This document shows, piece by piece, positions 50,049 through 62,028 of a DNA stretch of 64,000 bases (positions within the stretch are counted from its first letter, which is position 1; each line of letters starts with the position of its first letter). The notes under the pieces are model-generated. The model was not told the DNA's origin. It did no database searches and saw nothing but the letters and a program-made list of their open reading frames with translations. Source of the DNA: Tequatrovirus BCH953P2; sequence record OZ035785.1. One strand, 5' to 3'. The position numbers were made by a program, and so were the translations under genes.

Positions 50049-50078
50049 ATAGTATCACTACCCTATCTAAAAGTAAAC
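50049..50078 (-). promoter_or_regulatory. T4-type early promoter with -10 inside an inverted repeat
   Basis: Minus strand GTTTAC, 18 nt, TACTAT; 10 bp arms AGATAGGGTA / TACCCTATCT flank the -10. Confidence 0.55.
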
Positions 50079-50312
50079 TTATTTTTTACGAAAAATTGAT
50101 TTATTTTCTGCTGCCCATTTTTCAATAACTGCAGCCGGACCAGTAACAACAATTTTATCACCGTAATCTTCTGCGGCGAGTTGACCGAAATTATCTAATG
50201 CATCACGAAGAACTCCATGAGGCATTTCACCCATTTTATCTTTCTTGCCAGTGTAAATAAACTCAACTTTTACATCAGAAGATTCAGCGATAAATTCTTT
50301 AAACGTTTTCAT
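50079..50312 (-). CDS. internal-protein-like (capsid-targeted) protein at the ipI position
   Basis: 77 aa beginning MKTFKEFIAE; located next to 57B where T4 has ipI. Confidence 0.6.
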   Translation of the reverse strand: MKTFKEFIAESSDVKVEFIYTGKKDKMGEMPHGVLRDALDNFGQLAAEDYGDKIVVTGPAAVIEKWAAENKSIFRKK

Positions 50313-50342
50313 TTTATTTTCCTAATTAATTTTGATGAGATA

Positions 50343-50372
50343 ATAGTATCACTACCTCATCAGCATGTAAAC
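50343..50372 (-). promoter_or_regulatory. T4-type early promoter with -10 inside an inverted repeat
   Basis: Minus strand GTTTAC, 18 nt, TACTAT; arms TGATGAG / CTCATCA flank the -10. Confidence 0.55.
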
Positions 50373-50384
50373 AACTTTATGAAA

Positions 50385-51081
<697 letters not shown>

Positions 51082-51082
<1 letters not shown>

Positions 51083-51807
51083 TATAGTACCTTTAGTGTA
51101 TTTTTAATTTTAGAAAAAAGTTCTTCAAGAGAACCATCGTTTGTAATTACTAAATCGCCATCACGAATTGGCAATCCAGCTTCTGTAATATGTGTATCAT
51201 TGGATTTTTGACCAGGACGAACTACATGAATTACTGTAGCACCCATCGCCCTAGCCGCATCCATTTCATGATCTTGACGAGTATCAGGAACGATATAATA
51301 ATCATAACCTGAGTTAAATTTATCAAGATAATCTAAAGCAAATAATTTTACCCAGTACATGCGATCGAAGTTATTAACAATCAAATCCGTACCTAGGGCT
51401 TGCATCAGACGACGGACTGACCATTGATCTTCAATATTATTTATAACGTCAATAATCTTGTTAAACGCTACGGAATTAACTGATTCTTGTCCTTCGTCAT
51501 CAAAAACAAACACACCTTTAATTGGGCTTTTACCATTAAGATAGCAAAATGCTTGTTCCATAATCGTGATTACTTCTGATTTAGTCAGATTTAAATTAGT
51601 CTCACGATCATAGTCAATTCCTTCAAACTCTTTACGAGTTAAGCAAGGATAGTCAGTGTTTTCTGCAAATACGCCCCATGCATAAGCCAATGCATCCTTA
51701 ATAGGACCAGCAAGTTGGTATTTAACTGCAGAATAATTGCTCATGATAAAATCAGCAGTAGTATCTTTTCCACTACGCTTTACACCGCTTAAAAAGATTA
51801 GTTTCAT
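51082..51807 (-). CDS. 1: deoxynucleoside monophosphate kinase
   Basis: 241 aa from MKLIFLSGVKRSGKDT (P-loop); track ORF is 5' over-extended. Confidence 0.9.
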
Positions 51808-51856
51808 GTGTTTCTCCTCAAATTTAATTAAGATTATAACACACAAAACTGAAGCA

Positions 51857-52387
51857 TTAAACTTCTGCTATAATTTTTCCATCTTTTTCTACTTGAAAAT
51901 ACGTATAAGGAATCGTTGCAGTACATACTAAAGCTGGGTCTGAATCTTCCGTATAGCTAAATTCTACTTCAGATAGGTCAGAAACCCAAGGCTTATAAAA
52001 ATTTATTGACATCACGATTTCAGTTTTGCTATTATCTAAAATGTAAAGCGTAATGTACTCAGGACCTGTTTTTTGGGCAGTATTTTCACCTGTAAGATAG
52101 TTGCTAGTTCCTAGCATCCATTCATACATTCCTATCCACGACTTAAGTTCTTCATCAACTATAAATCTCACGATGAGTGGATCGTACTCAAATGTAGCAC
52201 CCGGTCGTTGTGCTCGACCTAGTCCAAACGGCCCAGTCACGGTATCAGTAACAGGTATTCTAATTCCTGGAATAGGAACTGACTGAGCATTTAAAGTAAA
52301 AGCAGATGTAGTATTACTGTGTGGTATTGATACTACAAAGTTAGTTGTATTTGCTTGGTTAAAAATTTGTTGCAGAGCTTGCGACAT
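51857..52387 (-). CDS. 3: tail completion / sheath stabiliser gp3
   Basis: About 176 aa from MSQALQQIFNQ. Confidence 0.8.
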   Translation of the reverse strand: MSQALQQIFNQANTTNFVVSIPHSNTTSAFTLNAQSVPIPGIRIPVTDTVTGPFGLGRAQRPGATFEYDPLIVRFIVDEELKSWIGMYEWMLGTSNYLTGENTAQKTGPEYITLYILDNSKTEIVMSINFYKPWVSDLSEVEFSYTEDSDPALVCTATIPYTYFQVEKDGKIIAEV

Positions 52388-52493
52388 ATATTCCTCATAA
52401 TGCTTTATAATTGTTGGTGGTATAATGGGTCTAAGTCCCTTCCATTCAATTCCATTTAGAAAAAACAACAGAAAAGAATGGAAGATAATAGAA

Positions 52494-53318
52494 TTAAATA
52501 TTTGACCAGACTTTGTTTGCAGAGAAACGTTTTCCTTTTGAAACGAACTGCTGAAGTGGCATCAACACAACGTTCGCCCAGTCTTTCGGGGCGATTTCAA
52601 CAAGGCTACCCATAATATTACCAGGTATATATGCCTTAATCATTTGGTCTGCACCCCTAAATCCTTTCACTTGACTCCAATCAATTTTTAATTTCGTTTT
52701 ATTAGTAATAGTAGGTGTATTTGCATATTGCTTTAAAAGCTCTTCTAGGAATTGCTGACGAGCTTTAGGTGGAATATAGTGCAAGTTTAATCCGTACATT
52801 AAATTATGCTTACCTAAACCAAGGTAAATTATCAAAGGAAATTTATCCCAGTAAGGAAGAGTTTCCTTGTGTTTAGCATCATAAGCAAAAGCATATATTC
52901 GTCCCGGCTGCGGGCGAACAACTTTATGTCCTTTTACTTGCTTAATAGTTTCAGCAAACCACTTTCTGGTTTTATTATTAATTGCTGCACCTTCATTACG
53001 AATTTTATCGCGCAATGTTTGCCTGAATGAATTTATCATAAGCAGTTGTCTTTCTTGCTTATTGAGTTTATTCATTGGTTTTGATTCAAGTTTTTGAATC
53101 TTTTCAGCCGTTTTAATTCCTGAAGCATATTTTGACATTGCCGAAGTAAACGTGGAGTATTTGATTCCTCTTTCTTCAGCAAATTGCTTTCCTGTCATTC
53201 CTTTTGCTTTGGCCTTTTTATATTCAAGACCTATTTGAATCCATTTCTTTTCGTTTAATGATTGCTTAACCTTTGGAACTTGGGGAGTGCTTTCATTAAT
53301 TATTTGAAAAATAGCCAT
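52494..53318 (-). CDS. 2: DNA end protector gp2
   Basis: 274 aa at the conserved position. Confidence 0.88.
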
Positions 53319-53770
53319 TATGCCCCCTTAAAGCCAAGAGCTCGTAATCCATCTTCTGTTAGAATTCTAAATTTTATTCCACGCTTTTCAGCTAAAGATT
53401 GCGCTGCTTTCCATTTGTCGGTATTAACGGAATATGTATAAATTTCATTCATAAATCTTTTCTTCGCTGCGGTTGTTAGATGCGCTGGTTTAACTGGTGG
53501 TTGTGTTTCTTTTTTAGGTTTTATTTCAATAAAAAATTCTTGTCCAGAAGAATCTTTCATCCAAATATCCATGAAGTATCTACGTTTTTTCCCTTCTGCA
53601 TTACAAAAATAAGGAATTACTGCTGTTTCACTACCCCATGCAATAATTTCTGGATTTTTATCTAACCATTCAAAAAAGAATTTTTCCCAATTTGATCTAT
53701 ACGTAATTTTTTTAGGGTCACCTCTATACTTTGATATATTTTTAGGAACCCATTTTCCAGAATATGCCAT
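53318..53770 (-). CDS. 4: head completion protein gp4
   Basis: 150 aa at the conserved position. Confidence 0.88.
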
Positions 53771-53781
53771 TGGATTCTCCT

Positions 53782-53789
53782 TATAAATA
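53782..53789 (+). promoter_or_regulatory. late promoter TATAAATA for gene 53
   Basis: Exact TATAAATA about 29 nt upstream of the gene 53 ATG. Confidence 0.65.
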
Positions 53790-53796
53790 GATAATA

Positions 53797-53804
53797 TATT
53801 TATA
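53797..53804 (-). promoter_or_regulatory. late promoter TATAAATA for gene 4 (divergent)
   Basis: Exact TATAAATA on minus strand upstream of the gene 4 start. Confidence 0.6.
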
Positions 53805-53817
53805 AACAGGAGGGCCC

Positions 53818-54408
53818 ATGCTCTTTACATTTTTTGATCCGATTGAATATGCGGCCAAAACGGTGAATAAAAACGCGCCGACTATTCCTATGACAGATAT
53901 TTTTAGAAACTATAAAGACTATTTTAAACGCGCTCTTGCGGGATACCGCTTACGTACTTATTATATCAAAGGTTCACCACGCCCGGAAGAATTAGCAAAT
54001 ACTATATATGGAAATCCACAGTTGTATTGGGTTTTATTGATGTGTAATGATAATTATGATCCGTATTATGGATGGATTACTTCGCAAGAAGCTGCTTATC
54101 AAGCATCTATACAAAAATACAAAAATGTAGGTGGAGACCAAATAGTATATCATGTGAATGAGAACGGTGAAAAATTTTATAATTTAATATCATACGATGA
54201 TAATCCATATGTTTGGTATGATAAAGGTGATAAAGCTAGAAAATATCCTCAATATGAAGGAGCACTTGCTGCTGTTAATACGTATGAAGATGCTGTTCTT
54301 GAAAATGAAAAACTTCGTCAAATAAAAATAATAGCAAAATCAGACATTAATTCATTTATGAACGACCTTATACGTATAATGGAGAAATCTTATGGAAATG
54401 ATAAGTAA
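53818..54408 (+). CDS. 53: baseplate wedge protein gp53
   Basis: 196 aa; first plus-strand late gene. Confidence 0.88.
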   Translation: MLFTFFDPIEYAAKTVNKNAPTIPMTDIFRNYKDYFKRALAGYRLRTYYIKGSPRPEELANTIYGNPQLYWVLLMCNDNYDPYYGWITSQEAAYQASIQKYKNVGGDQIVYHVNENGEKFYNLISYDDNPYVWYDKGDKARKYPQYEGALAAVNTYEDAVLENEKLRQIKIIAKSDINSFMNDLIRIMEKSYGNDK

Positions 54409-56119
54409 TAACCTTAATTGGTTTGTTGGTGTTGTTGAAGATAGAATGGACCCATTAAAATTAGGTCGTGTTCGTGTTCGTGTGGTTGGTCTGCATCCAC
54501 CTCAAAGAGCACAAGGTGATGTAATGGGTATTCCAACTGAAAAATTACCATGGATGTCAGTTATTCAACCTATAACTTCTGCAGCAATGTCTGGAATTGG
54601 AGGTTCTGTTACTGGACCGGTAGAAGGAACTAAAGTTTATGGTCATTTTTTAGACAAATGGAAAACTAACGGAATTGTCCTTGGCACGTATGGTGGAATA
54701 GTTCGCGAAAAACCGAATAGACTTGAAGGATTTTCTGACCCAACCGGGCAGTATCCTAGACGTTTAGGAAATGATACTAACGTACTAAACCAAGGCGGAG
54801 AAGTAGGATATGATTCCTCTTCTAATATTATCCAAGATAGTAACCTAGACACCGCAATAAATCCCGATGATAGACCACTATCAGAGATTCCAACCGATGA
54901 TAATCCAAATATGTCAATGGCTGAAATGCTTCGCCGTGATGAAGGATTAAGACTAAAAGTTTATTGGGATACCGAAGGATATCCGACAATTGGTATTGGT
55001 CATCTTATCATGAAGCAGCCAGTTCGTGATATGGCTCAAATTAATAAAGTTTTATCGAAACAAGTTGGTCGTGAAATTACAGGAAATCCAGGTTCTATTA
55101 CAATGGAAGAAGCGGTAACTTTATTTGAACGTGATTTAGCTGATATGCAACGTGACATTAAATCACATTCTAAAGTAGGACCAGTCTGGCAAGCTGTCAA
55201 CCGTTCTCGTCAAATGGCGTTAGAAAATATGGCATTTCAGATGGGTGTTGGCGGTGTAGCTAAATTTAACACAATGTTAACTGCTATGTTAGCAGGAGAT
55301 TGGGAAAAAGCATATAAAGCCGGTCGTGATTCATTGTGGTATCAACAAACAAAAGGCCGTGCATCCCGTGTTACTATGATTATTCTTACGGGAAATTTGG
55401 AATCATATGGTGTTGAAGTGAAAACCCCAGCTAGGTCTCTATCAGCAATGGCTGCTACTGTAGCTAAATCTTCTGACCCTGCTGATCCTCCTATTCCAAA
55501 TGACTCGAGAATTTTATTCAAAGAACCAGTTTCTTCATATAAAGGTGAATATCCTTATGTGCATACAATGGAAACTGAAAGCGGACATATTCAGGAATTT
55601 GATGATACCCCTGGGCAAGAACGATATAGATTAGTTCATCCAACTGGAACTTATGAAGAAGTATCACCGTCAGGAAGAAGAACAAGAAAAACTGTTGATA
55701 ATTTGTATGATATAACCAACGCTGATGGTAATTTTTTGGTAGCCGGTGATAAAAAGACTAACGTCGGTGGTTCAGAAATTTATTATAACATGGATAATCG
55801 TCTTCACCAGATAGATGGAAGCAATACAATATTTGTGCGCGGCGATGAAACTAAGACGGTTGAAGGTAATGGAACTATCCTAGTTAAAGGTAATGTTACC
55901 ATTGTAGTTGAAGGTAATGCTGACATTACAGTTAAAGGAGATGCTACCACTTTAGTTGAAGGAAATCAAACTAATACAGTAAATGGAAATCTTTCTTGGA
56001 AAGTTGCTGGGACAGTTGATTGGGACGTTGGTGGTGATTGGACAGAAAAAATGGCATCTATGAGTTCTATTTCATCTGGTCAATACACAATTGATGGATC
56101 GAGGATTGACATTGGCTAA
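54392..56119 (+). CDS. 5: baseplate hub / tail lysozyme gp5
   Basis: 575 aa; internal lysozyme domain MAEMLRRDEGLRLKVYWDTEGYPTIGIGH; C-terminal VxGxxxxxVxG beta-helix repeats. Confidence 0.95.
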   Translation: MEMISNNLNWFVGVVEDRMDPLKLGRVRVRVVGLHPPQRAQGDVMGIPTEKLPWMSVIQPITSAAMSGIGGSVTGPVEGTKVYGHFLDKWKTNGIVLGTYGGIVREKPNRLEGFSDPTGQYPRRLGNDTNVLNQGGEVGYDSSSNIIQDSNLDTAINPDDRPLSEIPTDDNPNMSMAEMLRRDEGLRLKVYWDTEGYPTIGIGHLIMKQPVRDMAQINKVLSKQVGREITGNPGSITMEEAVTLFERDLADMQRDIKSHSKVGPVWQAVNRSRQMALENMAFQMGVGGVAKFNTMLTAMLAGDWEKAYKAGRDSLWYQQTKGRASRVTMIILTGNLESYGVEVKTPARSLSAMAATVAKSSDPADPPIPNDSRILFKEPVSSYKGEYPYVHTMETESGHIQEFDDTPGQERYRLVHPTGTYEEVSPSGRRTRKTVDNLYDITNADGNFLVAGDKKTNVGGSEIYYNMDNRLHQIDGSNTIFVRGDETKTVEGNGTILVKGNVTIVVEGNADITVKGDATTLVEGNQTNTVNGNLSWKVAGTVDWDVGGDWTEKMASMSSISSGQYTIDGSRIDIG

Positions 56120-56648
56120 TATACTTCCAATGAGCGCTGATTTAGGAGAATCCATGGAAGGTTCTTCTATCGACGTCACCTTTACCGCTCAATTAGAAAC
56201 AGGTGAAACGTTAGTATCTATAAATATAACTAGTTACGAAGAAACTCCTGGGGTTTTAGTAGAAGAAAATCGCTTATATGGAACATATGAATCTGTATTT
56301 GGTTTCGGAAATGACGCGTTAAAATATCGTTTAGGTGATGAATTTAAAACTGCTGCTTCATGGGAAGAACTTCCTACTGATTCTGATACTCAGTTGTATT
56401 TGTGGAAAGCTCCTCAGAATCTCCAGAAGACATTCACTTACGAAGTAACATTAATATATGACTACCAAGAACAGAGTGAATCTGGAGGTTCTGGCAGTAA
56501 TTCTAGGTCATCTTCTGATATTACTGAACCGACGAATCCTCCTGCTCCAGTAAGAAAAACTCTCGTTAAAAATTATACTAAAACTATAGTTGGAAATTGG
56601 AGTCGTTGGGCTAATAAATTGAGAAGCTATGTGTATGAGAGGTCATAA
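56091..56648 (+). CDS. 5.1: hypothetical baseplate-region protein
   Basis: 185 aa ORF between 5 and 5.4. Confidence 0.6.
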   Translation: MMDRGLTLANILPMSADLGESMEGSSIDVTFTAQLETGETLVSINITSYEETPGVLVEENRLYGTYESVFGFGNDALKYRLGDEFKTAASWEELPTDSDTQLYLWKAPQNLQKTFTYEVTLIYDYQEQSESGGSGSNSRSSSDITEPTNPPAPVRKTLVKNYTKTIVGNWSRWANKLRSYVYERS

Positions 56649-56942
56649 ATGCCAGGATTAAGTTATGATAAGTGTGTTACTGCTGGACATGAAGCATGGC
56701 CTCCAACAGTTGTGAATGCTACACAAAGTAAAGTATTCACTGGAGGAATTGCTGTTCTCGTAGCAGGCGATCCAATTACAGAACATACAGAAATTAAAAA
56801 GCCATATGAAACACATGGCGGAGTGACACAACCTAGAACTTCTAAGGTATATGTCACTGGAAAGAAAGCTGTTCAAATGGCTGATCCAATATCATGCGGT
56901 GATACTGTGGCTCAGGCATCATCTAAAGTATTCATTAAATAG
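56649..56942 (+). CDS. 5.4: PAAR-like spike tip protein
   Basis: 97 aa at the conserved position after gene 5. Confidence 0.75.
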   Translation: MPGLSYDKCVTAGHEAWPPTVVNATQSKVFTGGIAVLVAGDPITEHTEIKKPYETHGGVTQPRTSKVYVTGKKAVQMADPISCGDTVAQASSKVFIK

Positions 56943-56950
56943 GATTTAAA

Positions 56951-58933
56951 ATGGCAAATACCCCTGTAAATTATCAATTAACAAGAACAGCAAATGCTAT
57001 TCCCGAGATATTCGTCGGGGGTACGTTTGCTGAAATAAAACAAAACCTCATTGAATGGCTTAATGGCCAAAATGAATTTTTGGATTATGATTTTGAAGGC
57101 TCAAGATTAAACGTTCTGTGCGACCTTTTGGCTTATAATACATTATACATTCAGCAGTTTGGTAATGCTGCTGTGTATGAAAGCTTTATGCGTACTGCTA
57201 ACTTACGAAGTTCAGTTGTTCAAGCTGCGCAAGATAACGGATATTTACCTACTTCAAAATCCGCTGCGCAGACCGAAATTATGTTAACATGCACCGACGC
57301 ATTGAATAGGAATTACATTACAATTCCTCGCGGAACTCGCTTTTTAGCATATGCAAAAGATACTTCTGTTAATCCATATAACTTCGTTTCTACCGAAGAC
57401 GTTATTGCTATTCGTGATAAAAATAACCAATATTTTCCGCGTTTAAAATTGGCCCAGGGACGTATAGTAAGAACTGAAATCATTTATGATAAATTAACAC
57501 CTATTATCATTTATGATAAAAATATTGATAGAAACCAGGTTAAATTATATGTTGATGGAGCGGAATGGATTAACTGGACGAGAAAGTCAATGGTTCATGC
57601 TGGTTCAACATCAACGATTTACTATATGCGTGAAACTATTGATGGAAACACTGAATTTTATTTTGGCGAAGGTGAAATTTCTGTTAATGCTTCTGAAGGA
57701 GCTTTGACCGCTAATTATATCGGAGGTCTTAAACCTACTCAGAACTCTACAATTGTTATTGAGTACATCAGTACTAATGGTGCTGACGCGAACGGAGCAG
57801 TCGGATTTTCATACGCAGATACATTAACAAATATAACTGTCATCAATATTAATGAAAATCCAAACGATGACCCAGATTTTGTTGGGGCAGATGGCGGCGG
57901 TGATCCAGAAGATATTGAGCGTATTCGCGAATTGGGTACTATTAAACGCGAAACCCAGCAACGCTGCGTAACTGCAACTGACTATGATACATTCGTTTCA
58001 GAAAGATTTGGTTCTATTATTCAAGCAGTTCAGACTTTCACTGATTCTACTAAACCTGGTTATGCATTTATTGCTGCTAAACCTAAATCAGGTCTGTATC
58101 TAACTACTGTACAACGTGAAGATATTAAAAATTATCTCAAAGACTATAATTTAGCTCCTATTACGCCATCAATTATTTCTCCTAATTATCTTTTTATTAA
58201 GACTAATTTAAAAGTCACATATGCTTTAAATAAGCTACAAGAATCCGAACAGTGGCTTGAAGGTCAAATAATTGATAAAATTGATCGCTATTATACCGAA
58301 GATGTAGAAATTTTTAACTCGTCTTTTGCCAAGTCTAAGATGTTAACTTATGTAGATGATGCAGATCATTCTATAATTGGCTCATCGGCGACAATTCAAA
58401 TGGTACGTGAAGTACAAAACTTCTATAAAACGCCTGAAGCAGGTATTAAATACAATAATCAAATAAAAGATCGTTCTATGGAATCTAATACGTTTTCATT
58501 TAATTCTGGGCGAAAGGTTGTAAATCCTGATACTGGTTTAGAAGAAGATGTATTATACGACGTTCGCATAGTATCAACAGACCGAGATTCTAAAGGAATT
58601 GGTAAAGTTATTATTGGTCCATTTGCTTCTGGTGATGTTACAGAAAATGAAAACATTCAGCCGTATACAGGCAATGATTTTAACAAATTAGCAAATTCTG
58701 ATGGACGCGACAAATACTATGTTATCGGTGAAATAAATTATCCAGCTGACATGATTTATTGGAATATCGCTAAAATTAATTTAACATCTGAAAAATTTGA
58801 GGTTCAGACTATTGAATTATATTCTGACCCAACTGATGATGTTATCTTTACTCGCGATGGTTCACTGATTGTATTTGAAAATGACTTACGTCCACAATAC
58901 TTAACTATCGATTTGGAGCCTATATCACAATGA
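56951..58933 (+). CDS. 6: baseplate wedge protein gp6
   Basis: 660 aa. Confidence 0.92.
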   Translation: MANTPVNYQLTRTANAIPEIFVGGTFAEIKQNLIEWLNGQNEFLDYDFEGSRLNVLCDLLAYNTLYIQQFGNAAVYESFMRTANLRSSVVQAAQDNGYLPTSKSAAQTEIMLTCTDALNRNYITIPRGTRFLAYAKDTSVNPYNFVSTEDVIAIRDKNNQYFPRLKLAQGRIVRTEIIYDKLTPIIIYDKNIDRNQVKLYVDGAEWINWTRKSMVHAGSTSTIYYMRETIDGNTEFYFGEGEISVNASEGALTANYIGGLKPTQNSTIVIEYISTNGADANGAVGFSYADTLTNITVININENPNDDPDFVGADGGGDPEDIERIRELGTIKRETQQRCVTATDYDTFVSERFGSIIQAVQTFTDSTKPGYAFIAAKPKSGLYLTTVQREDIKNYLKDYNLAPITPSIISPNYLFIKTNLKVTYALNKLQESEQWLEGQIIDKIDRYYTEDVEIFNSSFAKSKMLTYVDDADHSIIGSSATIQMVREVQNFYKTPEAGIKYNNQIKDRSMESNTFSFNSGRKVVNPDTGLEEDVLYDVRIVSTDRDSKGIGKVIIGPFASGDVTENENIQPYTGNDFNKLANSDGRDKYYVIGEINYPADMIYWNIAKINLTSEKFEVQTIELYSDPTDDVIFTRDGSLIVFENDLRPQYLTIDLEPISQ

Positions 58934-61900
58934 CAGTAAAAGCACCTTCAGTCACTAGTCTCAGAATTTCCAAGTTATCCGCAAATCAGGTGCAAGTACG
59001 CTGGGATGACGTTGGTGCTAATTTCTACTATTTTGTAGAAATCGCTGAGACAAAAACAAACTCGGGGGAAAATCTCCCGAGTAATCAATACAGATGGATT
59101 AACTTAGGATATACAGCAAATAATAGTTTCTTTTTTGATGATGCTGATCCATTAACAACATACATTATTAGAGTAGCTACAGCTGCGCAAGATTTTGAGC
59201 AGTCTGATTGGATTTATACCGAAGAGTTTGAAACTTTTGCTACAAATGCTTATACATTTCAAAACATGATTGAAATGCAATTAGCTAATAAATTCATTCA
59301 GGAAAAATTTACTCTTAATAATTCTGATTATGTTAATTTTAATAATGACACTATAATGGCTGCATTGATGAATGAATCATTTCAATTCAGCCCATCATAT
59401 GTTGATGTTTCATCAATCAGTAATTTTATTATTGGTGAAAATGAGTATCATGAAATACAAGGTTCCATTCAGCAAGTATGTAAGGATATTAACCGTGTTT
59501 ATTTGATGGAATCAGAAGGGATTCTATATCTTTTTGAGCGTTATCAGCCTGTAGTTAAAGTATCTAATGATAAAGGACAAACCTGGAAAGCTGTAAAGCT
59601 CTTCAATGACCGTGTAGGATATCCTTTATCTAAGACAGTATATTACCAATCTGCGAACACAACATACGTTCTAGGATACGACAAGATTTTCTATGGCCGC
59701 AAATCTACTGATGTTAGATGGTCAGCCGATGATGTCAGATTTAGTTCCCAGGATATAACATTTGCTAAACTTGGCGACCAGTTACATTTAGGATTTGATG
59801 TAGAAATCTTCGCTACTTATGCTACTTTACCAGCGAATGTATACCGTATAGCTGAGGCTATTACTTGCACGGATGATTATATCTATGTTGTTGCCAGAGA
59901 TAAAGTTAGATACATAAAAACGAGTAATGCACCCATAGATTCTGATCCATTATCCCCAACATATTCGGAAAGACTTTTTGAACCTGACACAATGACTATA
60001 ACCGGAAATCCTAAAGCAGTATGCTATAAAATGGATTCTGTTGGTGATAAAGTTTTTGCTCTTATTATTGGTGAAGTTGAAACATTAAATGCCAATCCGA
60101 GAACTTCAAAAATAATTGATTCCGCTGATAAAGGAATATATGTTTTAAATCATGACGAAAAGACATGGAAAAGAGTTTTCGGTAATACCGAAGAAGAAAG
60201 AAGACGTATTCAACCCGGATATGCGAATATGTCAACTGATGGTAAATTAGTTTCTCTGTCTTCGAGTAATTTTAAATTTTTAAGTGATAATGTTGTTAAT
60301 GACCCTGAAACTGTGGTGAAATATCAGTTAATCGGTGCTGTTAAATATGAATTTCCTCGTGAATGGTTAACTGATAAGCATTATCATATGATGGCATTTA
60401 TAGCGGATGAAACATCTGATTGGGAGACTTTTACTCCTCAACCAATGAAATACTACGCAGAACCATTCTTTAACTGGTCTAAAAAATCTAACACGCGTTG
60501 TTGGATAAACAACTCTGATAGAGTTGTAGTAGTTTATGCTGATTTAAAATACACCAAAGTTATAGAAAATATTCCGGAAACATCACCAGATAGATTAGTT
60601 CATGAATACTGGGATGATGGTGATTGCACTATAGTAATGCCAAATGTTAAATTCACTGGATTTAAAAAATACGCATCAGGAATGCTTTTCTACAAAGCCT
60701 CCGGTGAAATAATTTCTTACTATGATTTTAACTATCGTGTGAGAGATACAGTAGAAATTATTTGGAAACCTACTGAAGTATTTTTGAAAGCATTTTTACA
60801 AAACCAAGAGCATGAGACTCCTTGGTCACCAGAAGAAGAGCGTGGACTAGCTGACCCCGATTTAAGACCATTAATTGGCACAATGATGCCTGATTCTTAT
60901 TTGCTACAGGATTCGAATTTTGAAGCATTTTGCGAAGCATATATTCAGTATCTTTCTGATGGATATGGAACTCAATACAATAATTTACGAAATTTAATTC
61001 GTAACAAATATCCACGAGAAGAGCATGCATGGGAATATTTGTGGTCAGAGATATATAAAAGAAACATTTATTTAAATGCTGATAAACGCGATGCTGTTGC
61101 GAGATTCTTTGAATCACGTAGCTACGATTTTTATTCTACTAAAGGAATTGAAGCATCATACAAGTTTCTTTTTAAAGTTCTTTATAATGAAGAAGTTGAA
61201 ATTGAAATTGAATCTGGGGCTGGTACTGAATATGATATAATCGTTCAATCTGATTCTTTGACTGAAGATTTAGTAGGACAAACGATTTATACAGCTACAG
61301 GAAGATGTAATGTTACTTATATAGAAAGAAGCTATTCTAATGGTAAATTGCAATGGACCGTAACTATTCATAATCTTTTGGGACGATTAATTGCTGGTCA
61401 AGAAGTTAAAGCAGAAAGACTCCCTAGTTTTGAAGGCGAAATTATTCGTGGCGTTAAAGGAAAGGATTTGCTTCAAAACAATATAGACTATATTAATAGA
61501 AGTAGATCATACTATGTAATGAAAATTAAATCCAATTTACCTTCTTCCCGCTGGAAATCTGACGTTATTCGTTTTGTTCATCCAGTAGGATTTGGATTTA
61601 TAGCAATTACCCTTTTAACAATGTTTATTAATGTTGGTTTAACTCTTAAACATACAGAGACTATAATTAATAAATACAAAAACTATAAATGGGATTCTGG
61701 ATTGCCTACTGAATACGCTGATAGAGTAGCTAAATTAACTCCAGCTGGTGAAATTGAACATGATCCAGTAACAGGCGAAGCAATTTATGAACCTGGTCCA
61801 AAGGCTGGTGTAAAATATCCTCTTCCTGATGACTATAATGCTGAAAATAATAATTCAATATTTCAAGGTCAATTGCCGTCTGAACGACGTAAATTAATGA

Positions 61901-62028
61901 GTCCTTTATTTGATGCATCTGGAACAACATTTGCGCAATTTAGAGATTTAGTTAATAAACGTCTAAAAGATAATATAGGAAATCCAAGAGACCCTGAAAA
62001 TCCAACACAGGTTAAAATAGATGAATGA
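58930..62028 (+). CDS. 7: baseplate wedge protein gp7
   Basis: 1032 aa. Confidence 0.92.
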   Translation: MTVKAPSVTSLRISKLSANQVQVRWDDVGANFYYFVEIAETKTNSGENLPSNQYRWINLGYTANNSFFFDDADPLTTYIIRVATAAQDFEQSDWIYTEEFETFATNAYTFQNMIEMQLANKFIQEKFTLNNSDYVNFNNDTIMAALMNESFQFSPSYVDVSSISNFIIGENEYHEIQGSIQQVCKDINRVYLMESEGILYLFERYQPVVKVSNDKGQTWKAVKLFNDRVGYPLSKTVYYQSANTTYVLGYDKIFYGRKSTDVRWSADDVRFSSQDITFAKLGDQLHLGFDVEIFATYATLPANVYRIAEAITCTDDYIYVVARDKVRYIKTSNAPIDSDPLSPTYSERLFEPDTMTITGNPKAVCYKMDSVGDKVFALIIGEVETLNANPRTSKIIDSADKGIYVLNHDEKTWKRVFGNTEEERRRIQPGYANMSTDGKLVSLSSSNFKFLSDNVVNDPETVVKYQLIGAVKYEFPREWLTDKHYHMMAFIADETSDWETFTPQPMKYYAEPFFNWSKKSNTRCWINNSDRVVVVYADLKYTKVIENIPETSPDRLVHEYWDDGDCTIVMPNVKFTGFKKYASGMLFYKASGEIISYYDFNYRVRDTVEIIWKPTEVFLKAFLQNQEHETPWSPEEERGLADPDLRPLIGTMMPDSYLLQDSNFEAFCEAYIQYLSDGYGTQYNNLRNLIRNKYPREEHAWEYLWSEIYKRNIYLNADKRDAVARFFESRSYDFYSTKGIEASYKFLFKVLYNEEVEIEIESGAGTEYDIIVQSDSLTEDLVGQTIYTATGRCNVTYIERSYSNGKLQWTVTIHNLLGRLIAGQEVKAERLPSFEGEIIRGVKGKDLLQNNIDYINRSRSYYVMKIKSNLPSSRWKSDVIRFVHPVGFGFIAITLLTMFINVGLTLKHTETIINKYKNYKWDSGLPTEYADRVAKLTPAGEIEHDPVTGEAIYEPGPKAGVKYPLPDDYNAENNNSIFQGQLPSERRKLMSPLFDASGTTFAQFRDLVNKRLKDNIGNPRDPENPTQVKIDE

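Noticed and set aside
51857-52468. Long 203 aa form of gene 3 and other 5'-extended track ORFs (genes 62, 44, 1, e)
   Set aside because: The conserved protein N-termini start at internal Met codons with better RBS context; the extensions overlap upstream genes.
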